Position numbers and translations under genes: made by a program
In this document: positions 1 to 16,389 of the stretch, piece after piece
How positions within the stretch are numbered: position 1 is the stretch's first letter
How the letters are laid out: each line of letters begins with the position of its first letter
NCBI RefSeq assembly: GCF_009914755.1
Contig: NC_060942.1
Reading direction: 5' to 3' (one strand)
DNA length: 64,000 nucleotides
From: the human T2T-CHM13v2.0 reference genome, Homo sapiens
The notes under the pieces: model-generated
Seen by the model: the letters and a program-made list of their open reading frames with translations, nothing else
Told to the model about the DNA's origin: nothing
Databases searched by the model: none

Positions 1-294
1 AGAAAAGAAATTCTTCTTAAATAATTTTATTTTTATACTTGCACAAATTATCAAATTTGCCCAAATTTGCTTTTCATATCAAAATCTCTGAGATCAAGTT
101 CATTGTTGCACAGTGATAGTCTTTCACCAAACCTCCCAAAGAACAACAAAAAAGCCAAGAGCAAGCATGCCATGAACCTTGATTGGTGGGCATTGTTGAA
201 GAAGAGGATAGAGTAACTTTTGGAAAGTTATTTATATTAATGATAATATGTATGAAGACTTAACTTGGGACTAACAGCCGGGGTGAAAAACGAT

Positions 295-610
295 ACAGGC
301 CTACAGTCCCTCATCCAAAACTCTTGGAGCCAATCAGTTCTAGTCTCTAGTCTAATTTTGAAATATATTTCAGAATTCAATTTTTAAAAGGTAGCATATA
401 CATAAACCATATGGGTTACAGCATAATGTGTGATTATTCATATTAAATGGAATAAACAAAGAGTATAGTCTCATCAGTTTGGGTCAGATTTTGTTACCAT
501 GTAAATTAGAGTTAGGTCAAATGTTGCTACCAAAAAGGTTAAGAAAAAACTTTGAGACTCAGGAAAAACTTTTACAGTTTCAGAATTTCAGATGAATATT
601 AACAACCTAT
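295..610. mobile_element. Old TcMar-Tigger family MITE (MER46/Tigger4-like)
   Basis: Degenerate ends resembling ccttatccgaaatgcttgggacca ... ttttcggattagggatgctcaacctgta. Confidence 0.35.
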
Positions 611-1099
611 TTAATCCTTGAACCACTCATGGACATTTTAATTTATTTATTCCTAGCCCAGGAATCTCCACAAAGATCTGCTTCCTTTCAAATCATTTCT
701 TCATATTGTTCTCCTAGACAAAATGCTAGGCTACACGGATTATGGAAGGAACCTATTAAGGTATTTCATGTCCAGCTGGGTTAAATACTCACTTGTGAGA
801 AACAGAAAACTGAATTGTTTTGAAAATTTTTGCCTTATTTTAAAAGAACAAATTCATAGGGTATATTTTCTGAAAAGTGGGTTTCCTCACATCTCAGTCT
901 CTCAACCAAGTACCCTTCTACCCTTCTTGGATATAGGTACTCCTAGTTTCCCGCATGTCCTTTCAGGGATAATTATGCATATACAGTCTTAGCTGTATAG
1001 ATGAATGCATGTACCTCATTCTTTTAAGTTGCCGCACAGTGTTCCATTATATGCACGTACCACAATGCAGTTAACCAGTCGACTAGAATGGATATTTGA

Positions 1100-1620
1100 G
1101 TTATTTTCACTCTTTTGTGATTGCAAACACTGCTGCAATGAATATTCCTATATATATCATTTATACATGTGTGAGGATATCTGTAGGATAAATTCCTAGA
1201 AATGGAATTGTGGGTCATAGATAAGTACATTTTAAATTTTGATAGATGTTACCAGTTTGTTTTAATAGAGGCCGTACAACTCATGTATCATCTACAATAT
1301 TTGAAAGTGTCTATTTTCTGACACCTTTTACAATGTAATCAAAAAGTTTGGTACTTTGCCAGTCTGAAAAGTGAAAATAGTATCTTGTAGTTACAATTGC
1401 AAAGAATAAACTTTTATGTTTCAGTCATTTATATTTTCTGCAAAGTATTCTATTTTTTTGTCCACTTTCCACTGTTATTAGTCTTTTTCTTTTTTATTTA
1501 TAGGTGCTTGTTACATATGAAGAAAGTAATCCTTTTTGTAATATGTCAAAATGTTTTTCCAAGCTTGTTTTTAGTCTTTTAACATAGGTTGTGTAGCATT
1601 TTTTCCAGGCAGAAAATTCT
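1100..1620 (-). mobile_element. Ancient L1M(E) fragment
   Basis: Motifs such as ggataaattcctagaaatggaattgtgggtcatag, typical of the antisense L1M ORF2 3' end. Confidence 0.55.
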
Positions 1621-1703
1621 CCCATACAAATGATTTTTTTGGTCTTTCAACTGGTTATAGATTTATCTTTAATTATTTCACTCTGCATCTATTCCTATAA
1701 TAG

Positions 1704-2023
<320 letters not shown>

Positions 2024-2029
2024 TATGGT

Positions 2030-4420
2030 TGCTTTTTTATTGATATATCATAGTTGTACATATTTGGGTGGTACATGTGGTATTTTGGTACATATATACA
2101 ATGTATAAGGATCAAATCAGCGTCACTGGGATATCCATTACCTCAAACATTTATCTCTTCTTTGTGGTGGGAAAGAATTCCCAATTCTTTTCTTCTAGCT
2201 AGTTTGAACTATATTACTGTTAACTATAACTTCCCTACTGTGCTATTGAATACTAGAACTTATTCCTCTATCTAACTGCAATTTTGTATCAATTAATAAA
2301 CTTCTCTTCATCCTACTCCACCCTCTTCCCTTCCTAGCCTTCACTTTGTTGTTTCCTTTGCTGTGCAGAAGCTCTTTAGTGTTATATAATTACATTTGTC
2401 TATTTTTGCTTTTATTGCTTTATGCTTTTGAGGTTTTGCCCAAAAAATTTTTACCCAAACCCATGTCCTGTAGCATCTCCTTAATGTTTTCTTCTAATAG
2501 TTTCAAGTCTCAGGTCTTACAGTTAAGTATTTAATCTATTTTGAGTTGATGTTTGTATATGGTGAAAGATGGAGATCCCATGAATATCCAGTTTTCCCAA
2601 CACCATTTATTAAAGAGACTGTCCTTTCCCCAGTATGTATTCTTGATGCCCTTGTCTAAAATGAGTGGCTGTAAGTGTGTGGATTTATTTCTGGTTTGCT
2701 ATTCTGTTCCATTAGTCTATGTGTCTGTTTTTATGCCAGTACCATGCTGTTTTGGTAACTATAGCTTTTTAGTACGATTCAAAGTTAGATACTGGCTAGT
2801 TGTGATCCCTCCAGCTTTTTGTTTTGCTCAGGCTTTCTTTAGCTATTTGGGATCTTCTGTGGTTCCATATGAATTTTGGGATTTTTAAAAATTTCTGTGA
2901 GGAACATCATTGATACTTTGATAGGGATGGCATTGAATCTGTAAATCACATTTAGTAGTGTAGACATTTTAACAATATTAATTCTTTCAATCCATGAGCA
3001 TGGGATATCTTTCCATTTATTAATGTTCTCTTCAATTTCTTTCATCAGTATTTTATAGTTTTCCTTATAGAGATCTTTCTTTTTTTGGTTAAATTTATTC
3101 CTATTTTTTTGTAGCTATTGTAAATGGGATTTCTTTCTTAGTTTCTTTTTCAGATTGATTGCTATTATAGTATGGAAACACTACTGATTTTTGAATGTTG
3201 AATTTGTATCCTGCAACTTGACTAAATTTGTTTGTCAATTCTAAGAGTTTTTGGTGACGTCTCTGGGTTTTTCTAAATATAAGAACATGTCATCAGTGAA
3301 CTAGGCGAATTTAATTTCTTCCTTTTCAATTTGGATGCCCTTTATTTCTCTTGTCTAATTGCTCTGGCTAAGACTTCCAATACTATGTTGAATAAAACTG
3401 GTGAAAGTGAGCATTCTTGTCTTGTTCCAGATCTTAGTGGAAAAGCTTTCAGTTTTTCCCATTCAGTATATTAGTGATATTAGCTGTGGGCTTGTCATAT
3501 ATGCCCTTTATTAGTTTGAGGTATGTTTGACACCTAATATGTTGAGGGTTTTTACCATGAAGAAATGTTGAATTTTATTGAATGCCTTTTCAGCATCTAT
3601 TGAAATAATCATACAGTTCTTATCCTTGATTCTGTTGACGTGATATATCACATTTATTGAATCAAGTATGTTGAACCATCCTTGCACCCCTGGGATGAAT
3701 TTCACTTGATCATGGTGAATGATATTTTTAATGAATTCTGTTTGCTAGTATTTGTTAAGGAGTTTTGCTTCTATGTTTATCAGGGATATTGGCCTGTAGT
3801 CTTCTTTTTTTGTTGTGTCTTTGTCTGGTTTTGGTATCAGAGTAATGCTGGTCTTGCAGAATTACTGTAAATATTTTCTCATCTTCAATGTTTTGAAATA
3901 GTTTGAGTAGAATTGATATTAGTTCTTCTTTAAATGTTTGGTAGAATTCAGCAGTGAATACATCAGATTCTTGGCTTTTCTTTGATGGGAGACTTACAAA
4001 AAGCCATATAAATATGGCTTCAATCTCATTAATTATTATTGATCTGTTCAGGTTTTCTATAAATGGTTTAATCTTGGCATGTTGTATGTGTCCAGGAACC
4101 TCTCTATTTCTTCTAGGTTTTCTAGTTTATTGGCCTATAGTCATTCATAATTGTTTGTAATGGTCTTTTATATTTCTGTGGTGTCAGTTGTCTGTTTGGT
4201 TTTTTCCCCCAGAGCCCTGCTGGGATGCAAAATGTTTCTTTTTTCATCTCTGCTTTTATTTATTTAGGTCTTTTCTCTTTTTTTCTTAATCTAGCTAAAA
4301 GTTTGTTGATTTTGTTTATCTTTTTTAAAAACCTACTTTTTGTTTTGTTGATCTTTAAAAATTTTTTGTCTCAATTTCATTTATTTCTGCTCGGACCTTA
4401 TTATTTATTTCCTTCTACTT
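2030..4420 (-). mobile_element. 5'-truncated L1MA element (ORF2 RT region plus 3'UTR, internally deleted)
   Basis: Minus ORFs [18 protein letters not shown] (2839-3045) and [11 protein letters not shown]...[14 protein letters not shown] (3511-3705) are L1 ORF2 fragments. Confidence 0.9.
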
Positions 4421-4794
4421 AGGAGCAACATGAACAATGGAAAGTGTGGGGTAGAAGCAAAAATGGTATGAAGTGGAAATTTAAAGCAAGAATAAAAAAA
4501 TCCAATCCTGTTGCCACTATGGCCATTTTCCATTCCATATATGGGATATTAGTCCCAGGCAGAATATTAATTTTCTGGAGAAACAGAGAAGAAAAGACTC
4601 AGGAATGTTGTGTACTTTGGAAGATGAGAGGGCTGAAAATGAGATTAATTCAAAGTCTATAAATTGAAAGGTTAGCTTCCTTCCCTGTTGCAGAACTAGA
4701 CCACATCTTCCTCTCTGCAGAATACTGAAGGATTCTTTTCTAAAGAAGCTTAATGGCCCCAAGAAAAACATTTCCACATACTGATATTTATAGG

Positions 4795-5420
4795 TCCCTC
4801 ATACACTACTGATGAGAATGTAAAGTGGTACTGCCACTTTGGAAAACACTCTGGAAGCTCCTTAAAAGGCTAAACATACAGTTACAATGTAGCCCAGCAA
4901 TCCCACCCCAAGATGTCTACCCAAGAGAAATGAAAATAGATGTCCATGCTGAAACTTATATGTGAATGTTCATAACAGCACAATTCATAGTAGAAAAAAG
5001 GTGGACACAACTTAATGTCCATCATGTGATGAATGGATAATAAAATGTGGTGTGTTCATACTGTGGGGTATTATTTGGCAACAAAAAGGAATGAAGTAAT
5101 GATACATACTACAACATGGATAAACCTTGAGTGAAAGAAGCCAGTCACAAAAGGCCATATAGTATATGATTTTATTTATATGAAATGTCCAGGCCAATCT
5201 GTGGAGACAGTTAGTAGTTTAGTAACTGTCTAGGGCTGAGAGGGGCTTGAGAGTAAGGAGTGACTGTTGATGGGTACAACGTGTCTTTTTGGGGGCAATG
5301 AAAATGTTCTAAAATTAGATTATGGTGATAGTTGCACAACTCTAAATAAACTAAAAATCACCAAGCTGCATACTTTAAATAGATATACTTTTCTCTATGT
5401 TTTACTTCAACAAAACAGTT
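4795..5420 (+). mobile_element. L1MB/MC 3' end
   Basis: ccactttggaaaac...atggataaacctt...agaagccagtcacaaaagg...tggtgatagttgcacaactct motifs. Confidence 0.75.
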
Positions 5421-6149
5421 TAAAGTTCATAAGATAAAGAAGTGATGCAGCCACATTGTATGCTGCAGTGTCATTATGTAAGATAAGGACTATAAAAAAT
5501 CTATTGGATTTAGCAGCAGGGAGGTCATTGGTGAGTTTGATCATTTCAGTTTTATTGGAGTGGTAGAAGGTAGAAGCCAGATTGGAATCAACTGAGAAAT
5601 GGTTTGGTTATGGAAAGGAGAGTACTTCTTAAGTGCTCTTGGTTATCCAGTAAGCAATAAAATATTGAAAGTTCTAGAGCAGATATGCATTACTAAAAGG
5701 TTCCTAAGAAGCACAAAGAAAGTGGTTGCCCTTATCTAAGAGAAGGATCATGTCCTTCAATGTAAAAGGAAGAAATGATGAGTGCCAAAATGAAAGACTT
5801 GTAAATTTGATAGTGTAACGGCAATTTCTGTTTGATGACCTCTGCTTTCTCTGAAGTGGGAAGCAAGGCCATCTGTTTAGGGTAAATAGTGAAATGGGGA
5901 AATGAGGAGAGCAAAACAGCTGATTCAAGAAATTTAGTCACTTTGTCTGAAACTGTTTAATACACACACATAAGATTGGTGACTTTGTGTCTATATTGGA
6001 CCTGATTTTGTTTGCTTGTTTTGTTTTTGTTTTCATTTTATCTGCACTAACTTACACAACTATAATTCACAGAAAAGAAAGATATTTGGATTTCTCCAGT
6101 GTTGTGTCTTTGCCATATTTGGGGAGAGAGATCAAGAAGACAGAGGACA

Positions 6150-6985
6150 TGTTTTTTGTTTTTTAACTTTTAAGTTCAAGGGTACATATGCAGGATGTAC
6201 AGGTTTGTTACACAGGTAAACGTGTGTCATGGGGGTTTATTGTACAGAATATTTTATCCCCTCGGTATGAAGCCTAGTATCCATTAGCTATTTTTCCTAA
6301 TCCTCTCCCTCCTCCCACCTTCTGCCATCTGGTAGGCCCTAGTGTGTGTTGTTCCCCTCTATGTGTCCATGTGTTACCGTTTAGCTCCCACTTACAAGTG
6401 AGAACATGAAGAATTTAGTTTTCTGTTCGTGCATTAGTTTGCCAAGGATAATGGCCTCCAGCTTCATCCATGTTCCTGCAAAGGACATTATCTCATTCCT
6501 TTTTATGGTTGCATAGTATTCCATGGTGTTTATGTACCACATTTTCTTTTTCCAATCTGTCATTGAGGAGCATTTGGTTGATTCCGTGTCTTTGCTATTG
6601 TGAATAGTGCTGCAATGAACAACATGTGCATGTGTTTTTATAATAGACTGATTTATATTCTTTTGGGTATATACCCAGTAATGGCATTGCTGGGTCAAAT
6701 GATATTTCTGTTTCTAGGTCTTTGAGGAATTGCCTCACTGTCTTCCACAATAGTTGAACTAATTTACACTTCCACCAACAGGGTAAAAGCATTCCTTTTT
6801 CTCCACAACCTCACCAGCATCTATTATTTTTTGACTTTTTAATAATTGCCATTCTGACTGGTATGAGATGGCATCTCATTGTGGTTTTGATTTTGCATTT
6901 CTTTAATGATCAATGATGTTGAGCATTTTTTCATATGATTGTTGGCCACAGGTATGTCTTCTTTTGAGAAGTGTCTTTTCATGGA
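6150..6985 (-). mobile_element. Older L1PA 3' fragment
   Basis: Minus ORF ending SFAGTWMKLEAIIL...SLVSGS and an L1PA 3'UTR. Confidence 0.88.
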
Positions 6986-7595
6986 GGACATGTTTTTAAG
7001 AACATTTTTAAAAAGAATGACTGGAATGCTGAACCGTGAAATTTAAGTTAGATAAGGTATAAGTTGGATGAAGCGTTGAGAAGAAAGTATGTCCCAGTGG
7101 GAGAGATTTTGGCTATCCTGTTCACCAGTTTATTCCCAGTTTTTAGAACAATCTCTGTTTGAATTAATGCTGCCAACCTAAAAGGAAGAGCCTGAGGCAC
7201 AACATACAATTTGAAGAGTTTACTTGAGCCAAGTGAGGACAGCTGCCCAGGACACACCTCCAAGTTGCCTTGGGGAGTGCTCCATTACTAGTTGTTACCA
7301 GAAGGTTTTTAAAGGCAAAAGAAACAATGAGCGGGCTGATACAAAGTTGTTTGACAGGAATTCTCATTGGTTTACATTCTCATTGATAACATCGAATAGT
7401 GATTGACTATACATTGTTGAACTGTAGAGTGTTAGTTATGGTATCCAGTGTATAGCATTTTATGGCTTCTTGGTGTCTGTTAATTTAGAGTCCACCTAGC
7501 AAGTGGCTTTAAGAGATGATTATTTAGCCCAAGGGTCACATGACTTCTCTTTCATTCCAGTGCCTCTCTGGGCCCGATAATTAAAAGGAGCTGTC

Positions 7596-7902
<307 letters not shown>

Positions 7903-10719
7903 GGAGCTGTCATTTCTCAGATAAAAATTTCTTGTCTTCTTTCCCTCTCCCTCCCCCAACCCACAGTTCCCCCTTTTGATCAAAAATCTTTCTTCTTGAA
8001 AGCATTGATTGTCAAAATATTAGTATCAAGGTGTCTCTTATAGCCAGGAGGGTTCATTTCTGATTAGTCCCATCCCAAGTCAAGGGGGAAGGGGAGATGT
8101 CTCAGTGAGGAATTTTTAGGAGCACCCAAAATCTAAATTGGGATGACATCACAGTGTGGCAAAAAGATCTTAGTGAAATCTTTGATCTATATCACTGCTC
8201 TTGCTTGTTGAAACATCTTTAGTCTTTATAATTCCATGATTATAATTTTCTCAAAAGTAAAACAATGAGAGATACATAACATTAGTAATTTGAATGGTAG
8301 AAGTACATTGCACACAAGGTTACAATCAAAAAGAAAATCTGTATGCTAAAATGGAAAAATAATCTATTCTACTAGGGTGCCAATGAAAAAACATCATAAA
8401 GAAAATTTAAATCAGGTTCTTTTTTTTCTAGAGACTTGTAGCCAGGAAATAATTCAGGATTCAGTCTAAATTGTAGAAAAATAATAAAAGCAGGGCTGGA
8501 ATCTATAACAGGTATGTTATAGTTTTCTTCTGAAATATAATTTTTCTCTCTCCAGTTCCCCTTTTTTACCAAAGAGAAGTCATAGTAAGGCCAGCTTATT
8601 TGCAAAATAAGTTTTAGTCTTACTATACCTGGTATGATTGTTTGCATAAAGGGCAGTAAGAATAGTGGTTGGCCGTATAGTATTCTTTTAAGTTGGCTTT
8701 ACTGGAACTTTTTAATAAGGAATTTTAGATTAGACTTTTAAAAACCTCTCAAGGCTAAGAAGCAAAGCCAAGGATTCACCATCAGACTGTGCCTGTAATA
8801 CATGTACAAAATAGGTGAACTCTTCTTGAGGTCCCCAGAATATCTTGAGATTCCTGGCCTATCAGAAAGTGGCATTATTTACTTATCTCAAGGTCAGGAA
8901 CCTTGTAGGGATTCTGTATTGTATCAGGGAACTGTATTGACAAGGTACTGGACCAGTCTTTTACCAAGTCTGTTGGCTTTCTAAAAGCAACCTCATTTCC
9001 TCAAAACAGTCTGGTCACATTTAAAAATATGATATTCGTCAACGCCTTGGTGAAATAACCAGCATTTCCAATTGTGACCTGTTACAATAGAGAACACATT
9101 CTTACTGAACTTATGTGAACAACTATATTGCCATAAAATAAGAATACTCATGAATAATTTCCAAATTCTGGAGAAATCAGGCCTAGAGAAAGGTAAATGC
9201 TTCCATTTTTTTTTAACAAAAGCATACTTTACCCAGTTGCTTTAAGCTATGAATGGCTCAAAAGAAAATTTTCTTGATTCCAAAAAAACAAATATAAAAA
9301 GAATCAGAAGTGTTTCAAATGAAAGGTTATAACAAAATTATTTCAGTCCTCTATCAGTTCAGTCCTATGTAATTAATTCCTGCTCTGCTTTATATTGGGT
9401 TGGTAATCTTTGTAAACCCATCAGTTTGTTGTAGTTATTGTTTGTTTGTTTTATTTAGAGTTCTGAAGGGTTTTACCTGGTCCAATGGTATGATCTCCAA
9501 AGTTATCACAAACTTGTATTCAAGAGTACTTGTCAGTGTCTTTTCCATGAATTTCCTTGAAGAAAAAGCAAATTTTGGACTGTAGCTAACTGTAAACCAC
9601 TTTTTGGGAAGAATCATAGTAAAACAATAATTGTCACTGGATGATGAAAGACTTAGAGTAGCCGTGGTTAAAGACACAATTAACAAGGAAATTTGGTGAT
9701 TTCTGTGGCAAACAACAGTTTAATATAATCATCACCAATATGATTGATGACATATACCAAGACATATCAGAATTTAAGAATATCATACAATTTTGGAATG
9801 CATATTAATAACATATTTATATAAATATGACTCAAGGTTAAACACCATTATTATTTGACAATGTGTCTTGCATGATTTTAACGTAAATTTGATTTGGGGA
9901 AGTATGTCAAATAGCAAAGGTTTAAAACATTTGATATCAAAAGTAAGATCACAGGTCATTATAAATTAATGATTATTCATTTAGCCAAAGCAATAATTCA
10001 AAGATTTCAAAAAGCAAAAACCTTTACTCTTGGACAGAGAAGAGACTCAGTTTTCCCAACAATCAAAGAGACCTAATAAATACAGCATGACACAAACAGA
10101 ATCTATTTCTCCCCCTTTTCCTTTTTTTTTTTTTAAAGTTTACTCAAAAGGTAAACCAAAATCTTTTATTATATCTTATTAATGCTGTATGAAAATCATA
10201 TTCAAAAGAGAAAACTAAATTCTACCTTCATATCAATGTATTGTTAATATTAAAACTAATTTTAACAAAACCTTATAAACAGATCCACCCAATCTCAGTC
10301 AGCTCTGACCACACAAGATAAGATTTTCATAAACCTTTTATAGTTTTTTCCATTTCATAAACATTTTATAAACTTTTATAGTTTTTCCCATTCTCTTTCC
10401 CCAACTTTCTATATCCATTTGGTTTTATCTATCATTCCTTTTTTATTGCTTCAACTTAAAGTAACCTTTAAATAACTTATAAATTACAAAAAAAATCCTC
10501 GTCTTTCTTATAACCTTTCTTACCAAAAACACATCTGACTTTTCTTATATATTCTGTATATAGAATGTTTCTATTTTTTAGTAGTTTTAATTACATATAT
10601 TAATTACAAGGTTAACTCCTAGTAACCCTAATTTTCAGTGAAAAGCCTAGGAAGTATGCAATTTTAATGTTAAGTACCAGGTACAGAGCCCAAGACAAAA
10701 GATAGGTCTGTGAGGATAA

Positions 10720-11175
<456 letters not shown>

Positions 11176-14100
11176 GGTGAACCTAGATTCTAAGAGAGCT
11201 TTAAGACATAAGCTCACAGACAAGGACGTATCTAAAAATATCAGAGAAGCAAGAGTTTTATGACCTTAAAACATCTAGCAGAGACAACCTAAACCTGTCA
11301 AACCAGTAGACTCAGGCAAAATGTTTGAATTATATTTAATACTGACAATTCAGAAAACATGCCTATTTTATTCTAACAATTTTTAAACTAGTTTTATTTA
11401 CCAAAGATTACTAAGTCACGTGAACTTGAAAAGTATTTGGGCTTATTTATGAATGCTCATTTATTTATAAGTCAATTTGGTATCATAGACAATATACAAA
11501 CAGACATGTACACAGGTATACATAAAAATACAAAGACTTTATAGCTTTGATTTTAAGTTTTTAGTCATAAAACCATTAAAACTCCCCAGTTTAAAAGGAT
11601 AGTTGGATTCAAACTGTGCATTTGTAAATGGAACAGGCTAAAGTCTCACATGGCCAAAGCCCTTACTGAGTTTTAGAGCATAAGGTAGTAAATTTATATT
11701 TCAAAGCACAGAGAAAGAGTTTAAGCTTTCCAAAAGGCCAGTGAAGTTTTATATTTTTTTCACTAAAATCATATCAATATGAAAGGAAGCAGAGAGACCA
11801 AACACATAATTAAAAAGGAGTTTCAGTCAAAAAAAAAAAAAAAAACACCTCTCAAGAAACAGGATCCAAAAGAGAAAATGCAGAAAGGCCTTTAAAAAAA
11901 AGTATACCCTGAATATCAGCTTTTAATTAAGCTGACTTCTGAGCATAGAGCTTTTTTTAAAATTCTTTTAAAATCTCTTTATCAGAATTCAGCCAGGACA
12001 AACAACCACTATTTATGGCTTTTGACCTTGTTGTTGTTGTTGTTGTTGTTGTTTTAAACCAAAGGCACCTTCTCAAGAGACTCAACAAAACCAATAAGCC
12101 TTAACCAAGGTTATGCCTTTACCAAGGACGCACAAGTCATCTCCAAAGAGGTGCAGTGCAGTCCTCAATAGATCCAGAAACAGTCCCAAAGACAGCTGAA
12201 AGAAAGCAAAGTCTCACTAGCCAAAAATGGGGTACAACCCACATTTCTGTCCAACCATATCATCTGGGATCTCAGCTCCTCAGCTGACTGACTGACTACA
12301 CATTAAGGCCAGAAGGAGGACTGAAAGAGGCAGTAAAACAGGAGAACAAAAGCTGCCGTGGGGATAGTGCCAAAGGTGGGAAAATGTGAGAAGGTAAGTT
12401 TATGGGAAGAGTAAAGTCTGCTCCTAGATTCTCTGGGGCTGTCTCTAAGCTAATAAGCAAGCCTTATAAAGGGGTCTCTCTTTAGGTGGGAAAAGACAGG
12501 CAACAAAACCCATTTCTTTCTAAATTTCTGTCCTGCCATCAGACAAACAAGGGAGGGGACAGAATGTTCCCATGCATTTTCAACATTTTTAGCTCAATAA
12601 TCCCCCATATTTTAGAGAGGAACAGTTCGGTTTTCTTCAGTAGAAAGGACACAAATAGGTACTCCAAAAGGTCAAAAGTCATGCAAATAATTTAAAACAA
12701 ATAATGCAAGTTAATTCTTATAAATGTTTCCCTCTTGAACTAAAGATATCCACTGAGAGAAGGAATGTTGTGGTGGCCTAAATAATTTTAATTCGGTTTT
12801 CCATCTGATTTCAGCTGGAATGCTGCTTAACTAATTCCCCAAATGTTAATGTTTCAAGCACATGCTAAGATTTACATCTATAGGGGACCATGAGGTCCAG
12901 CAGGGCATTAAAAGGGTATTGTCTAATATTGGGTAAAGGTTTACTCAGGTTTACTTCTACTTTAATGGGGGTGGTTGAATATATGTTACCAATTTCAGTG
13001 GAATATTGAGACCATAAATGGTCTGGCAAAGCTTGCAGTAAATCATTGGTATCATTCCTTAGTCCTTGCTTAGAAGAATATTTGTTGGATCTGTATTTCT
13101 CAGTAACTTCATTCTCATTCTGTAGTTGTTCTGTTTGCTCCTTCTATTCCTAATTTAAATATATTCCCCCTTTTGAGAGAAGGAAATGTATACATTGTAA
13201 AATTCCAAAACAAATCTCTAAGAGACATCTGGGAGCCAAGGGAACAAGCAGAAAGGAAAGAAGACCACTGAGTGAGCCTACCTGGAATTCTAAGGTTTGG
13301 GATTTGTATGCACTCATACATTGAGTAGATACCCCTGCCATTTGTATAATTTCATTACTCTGAGGAAGAGGACGGTTTAAGGTGGTAGGGTTGAGGACAG
13401 AAAGAGTAGCCCTATGGTAGTAGCCCTATGGTAGTATCTATGAGGAACATATCTGTTCTCTATTTATAACAATTTCTGTTTCTCCTAGGTATTAGTCAGA
13501 AATGCAAAAAGCCCCCTTTGGATCCTCAGAGAGCAACCCTATTCATCTTGTGGGGGTCCTGTCTTTTTGTTCCTGCTGTCATTTAAGTTTTCTACAATCT
13601 TGTCTGAAATGGCCAGGCATTTTGTAATAGAAGCGAGCACCTCTTTGATCATTAGAAAGAGGCACCTATCTTTTCTTAAAAGGCCTCGTTTGACTAGGTA
13701 GTTGTTGTAGTTGCAAATTCATGATCTCTGGGGCCTTAGTGTTTTCTTCTTTCTGAATAGTTTTAGAAAGTTGATCTGCCAAGCTTAAAAACTCATGGGT
13801 ATTTATATATTCACCCAATAAAGCTGGTGTCTTTTAACTAAGATAACCAAGTCCTCATTTAAGCCATTGAGGAAAATAGAATTTATAAAGAAATCATTCT
13901 GGTGATCTTGGAGGCTAGCACCAGCCATCTAGAATATTGCTTAAAGGTTTTTTCAAACCTTTGAAAATAATAAAGTACAGATTCATCTGACCTTTGAGTA
14001 CAATGCTGAATTCTTTTCCAAGCTACATTTTTAGAAAAGACCTGGAGAGTTTCCTTAGGCAGTGGTGATAAGTGGAAAGGCAAATCAGAACAGGGGAGTT

Positions 14101-14861
14101 CAGATAAGAGAGAATATGATGGCAAAAAGGTAGAAAAAGAAAGAGTAGTTGGAGGTAAAAAGGAGAAAGCCTCTGAAGTCTGTTTTAATTCAGAAATAGT
14201 TTCAGGTATCCTTTGTTTACCTTGAGTCAATTTTCTCAAAACTTCTTTGAGAAGTTTCTAGATGACATTGGAAGTACGTCCCCCATCAATTTGTCTGGTT
14301 CTAAAACTAGCCTTTTTTCCAATTGTGCATGCAAATAAATTGTTTTAGCCATTTCAAAAGATCCCCATTTTGGCTATTGCAGCTTATGACCACCCCTGGT
14401 TAGGTCGTTCCTGACTTTCCTAGATATTTACAACATGACATCCCATAAGTGTTATATATAAACCCAGCTAGCATTTCTAAAAAGAGTGCTCAGATTTTGA
14501 AGCTTGATTTCCCATAATTTAGGAACTTTTCAAAAGTGACCAAGGTCATGTATATGTTTTAGGTCAAAGTGTCCTGCTTAGGAGTATCACTCCTCTAGGT
14601 GTCACCCAATAGTTGTAAATCGCCCTCTTATGTGTCTTGGGTTTTCTTTAACTGCCAGGTGGCAGCAGAATGCTCAGAGGTATGAGGGTCCAGAGTCCCT
14701 AAAGGGAGGAGTCCCTAAAAATGTTCTTTTGGTGAGGAATGCCCTGTGAGGCCACTTCACATCTTAGGCTACAGCCCAAACATCTCTGCAAACTCTCCAG
14801 TCACCTGGAGCACGTGAATGGGTCAGAGGGAGCAATTGCCTGTGGTGCAAGAGAACTCATC

Positions 14862-15279
<418 letters not shown>

Positions 15280-16389
15280 TGAGACCAGCAGGCAGAGATA
15301 GTAGGAATGGCTGAAAAACCAAGCTTGAAGGATAATCTATGGGCATCAGAAAGTACTTGGGATATTTGAGTTGCTGAATTCAGAAGAGATGTAGTTTTAA
15401 TTTATGACAAGTTCTAGGATAGGACTATGGGAAAGGCTTGCCACTAAAGTCTTTTGAATTGAGAGAAGGTCAAAAAACTAAGATGTCAGAATATTGACTG
15501 AGTGTCATTCTTGTGATGCTGACATTAGCAGGGATGATGGTCAGGGTTAAATTGGAGGCGAATATTGTGAATCAGGTGTTAACATCTTCAGTAATTGGGA
15601 GAAAGTGTGTTCACAGATGAAGAGAAGTTGAGGATGACAGAGCAGACGACAGGATCCTCAAGGAAAATAGTAGTATAATGACAGACTGGCCAAAAGAAAT
15701 GATTCCAGTCCTACCTCTTGACCCTGAAATATATAGCACATGTTTAATATAAATGATTTCCACTCAGACGGATGTAAAGGAAGCATTGACCTGAAGAAAG
15801 AGCCAGGTTTCAATTAAAGCTAGGAGATAGAAGGTATAATCTAAAAAGAGTGCACAATATAGCAGTGTATATTGTGAAGCAAAAGCTCCAGAAGCAATGG
15901 GAGTGAGGAGGAAGGCTGGGAATAAAGGGAGAGATATTACAGAACATCATGGGACTAGCAGTAGCTTGCTAACCTATGATGGACTGGAATGGGAAGTACC
16001 TTCTGGGAATTGGCTGAAGGAACAAGAGACAGTTGATTTAGTCTTGAAGGACTTGTGGACCTAACCTAAGTACTCTTTAACAGGGTATTGGTTGTATTAA
16101 TGTAAATCAGAGCACATCCAGGAGGTGAAGTAATCTGAAGTCATTAAAGATAATGTAAAAATATCATATGGAAAAATGGTCCCAATATATTAAGTAAAAA
16201 AAGTAATTTGCACACATCATATGTGTAAGCATCCTTTTTTTGTAAAAGAAGAATTGATGGATGGGTAACACTTTTCAGAATCTTTGAAATAAATTGATGA
16301 GCTGTCTAAAGATTTTTAAAAAGTTGCCCACGGAAGGTGCTGAGCCTTAAGCCGTAAGACCTGTGTTTTTTGTTTGTTTGTTTGTTTGT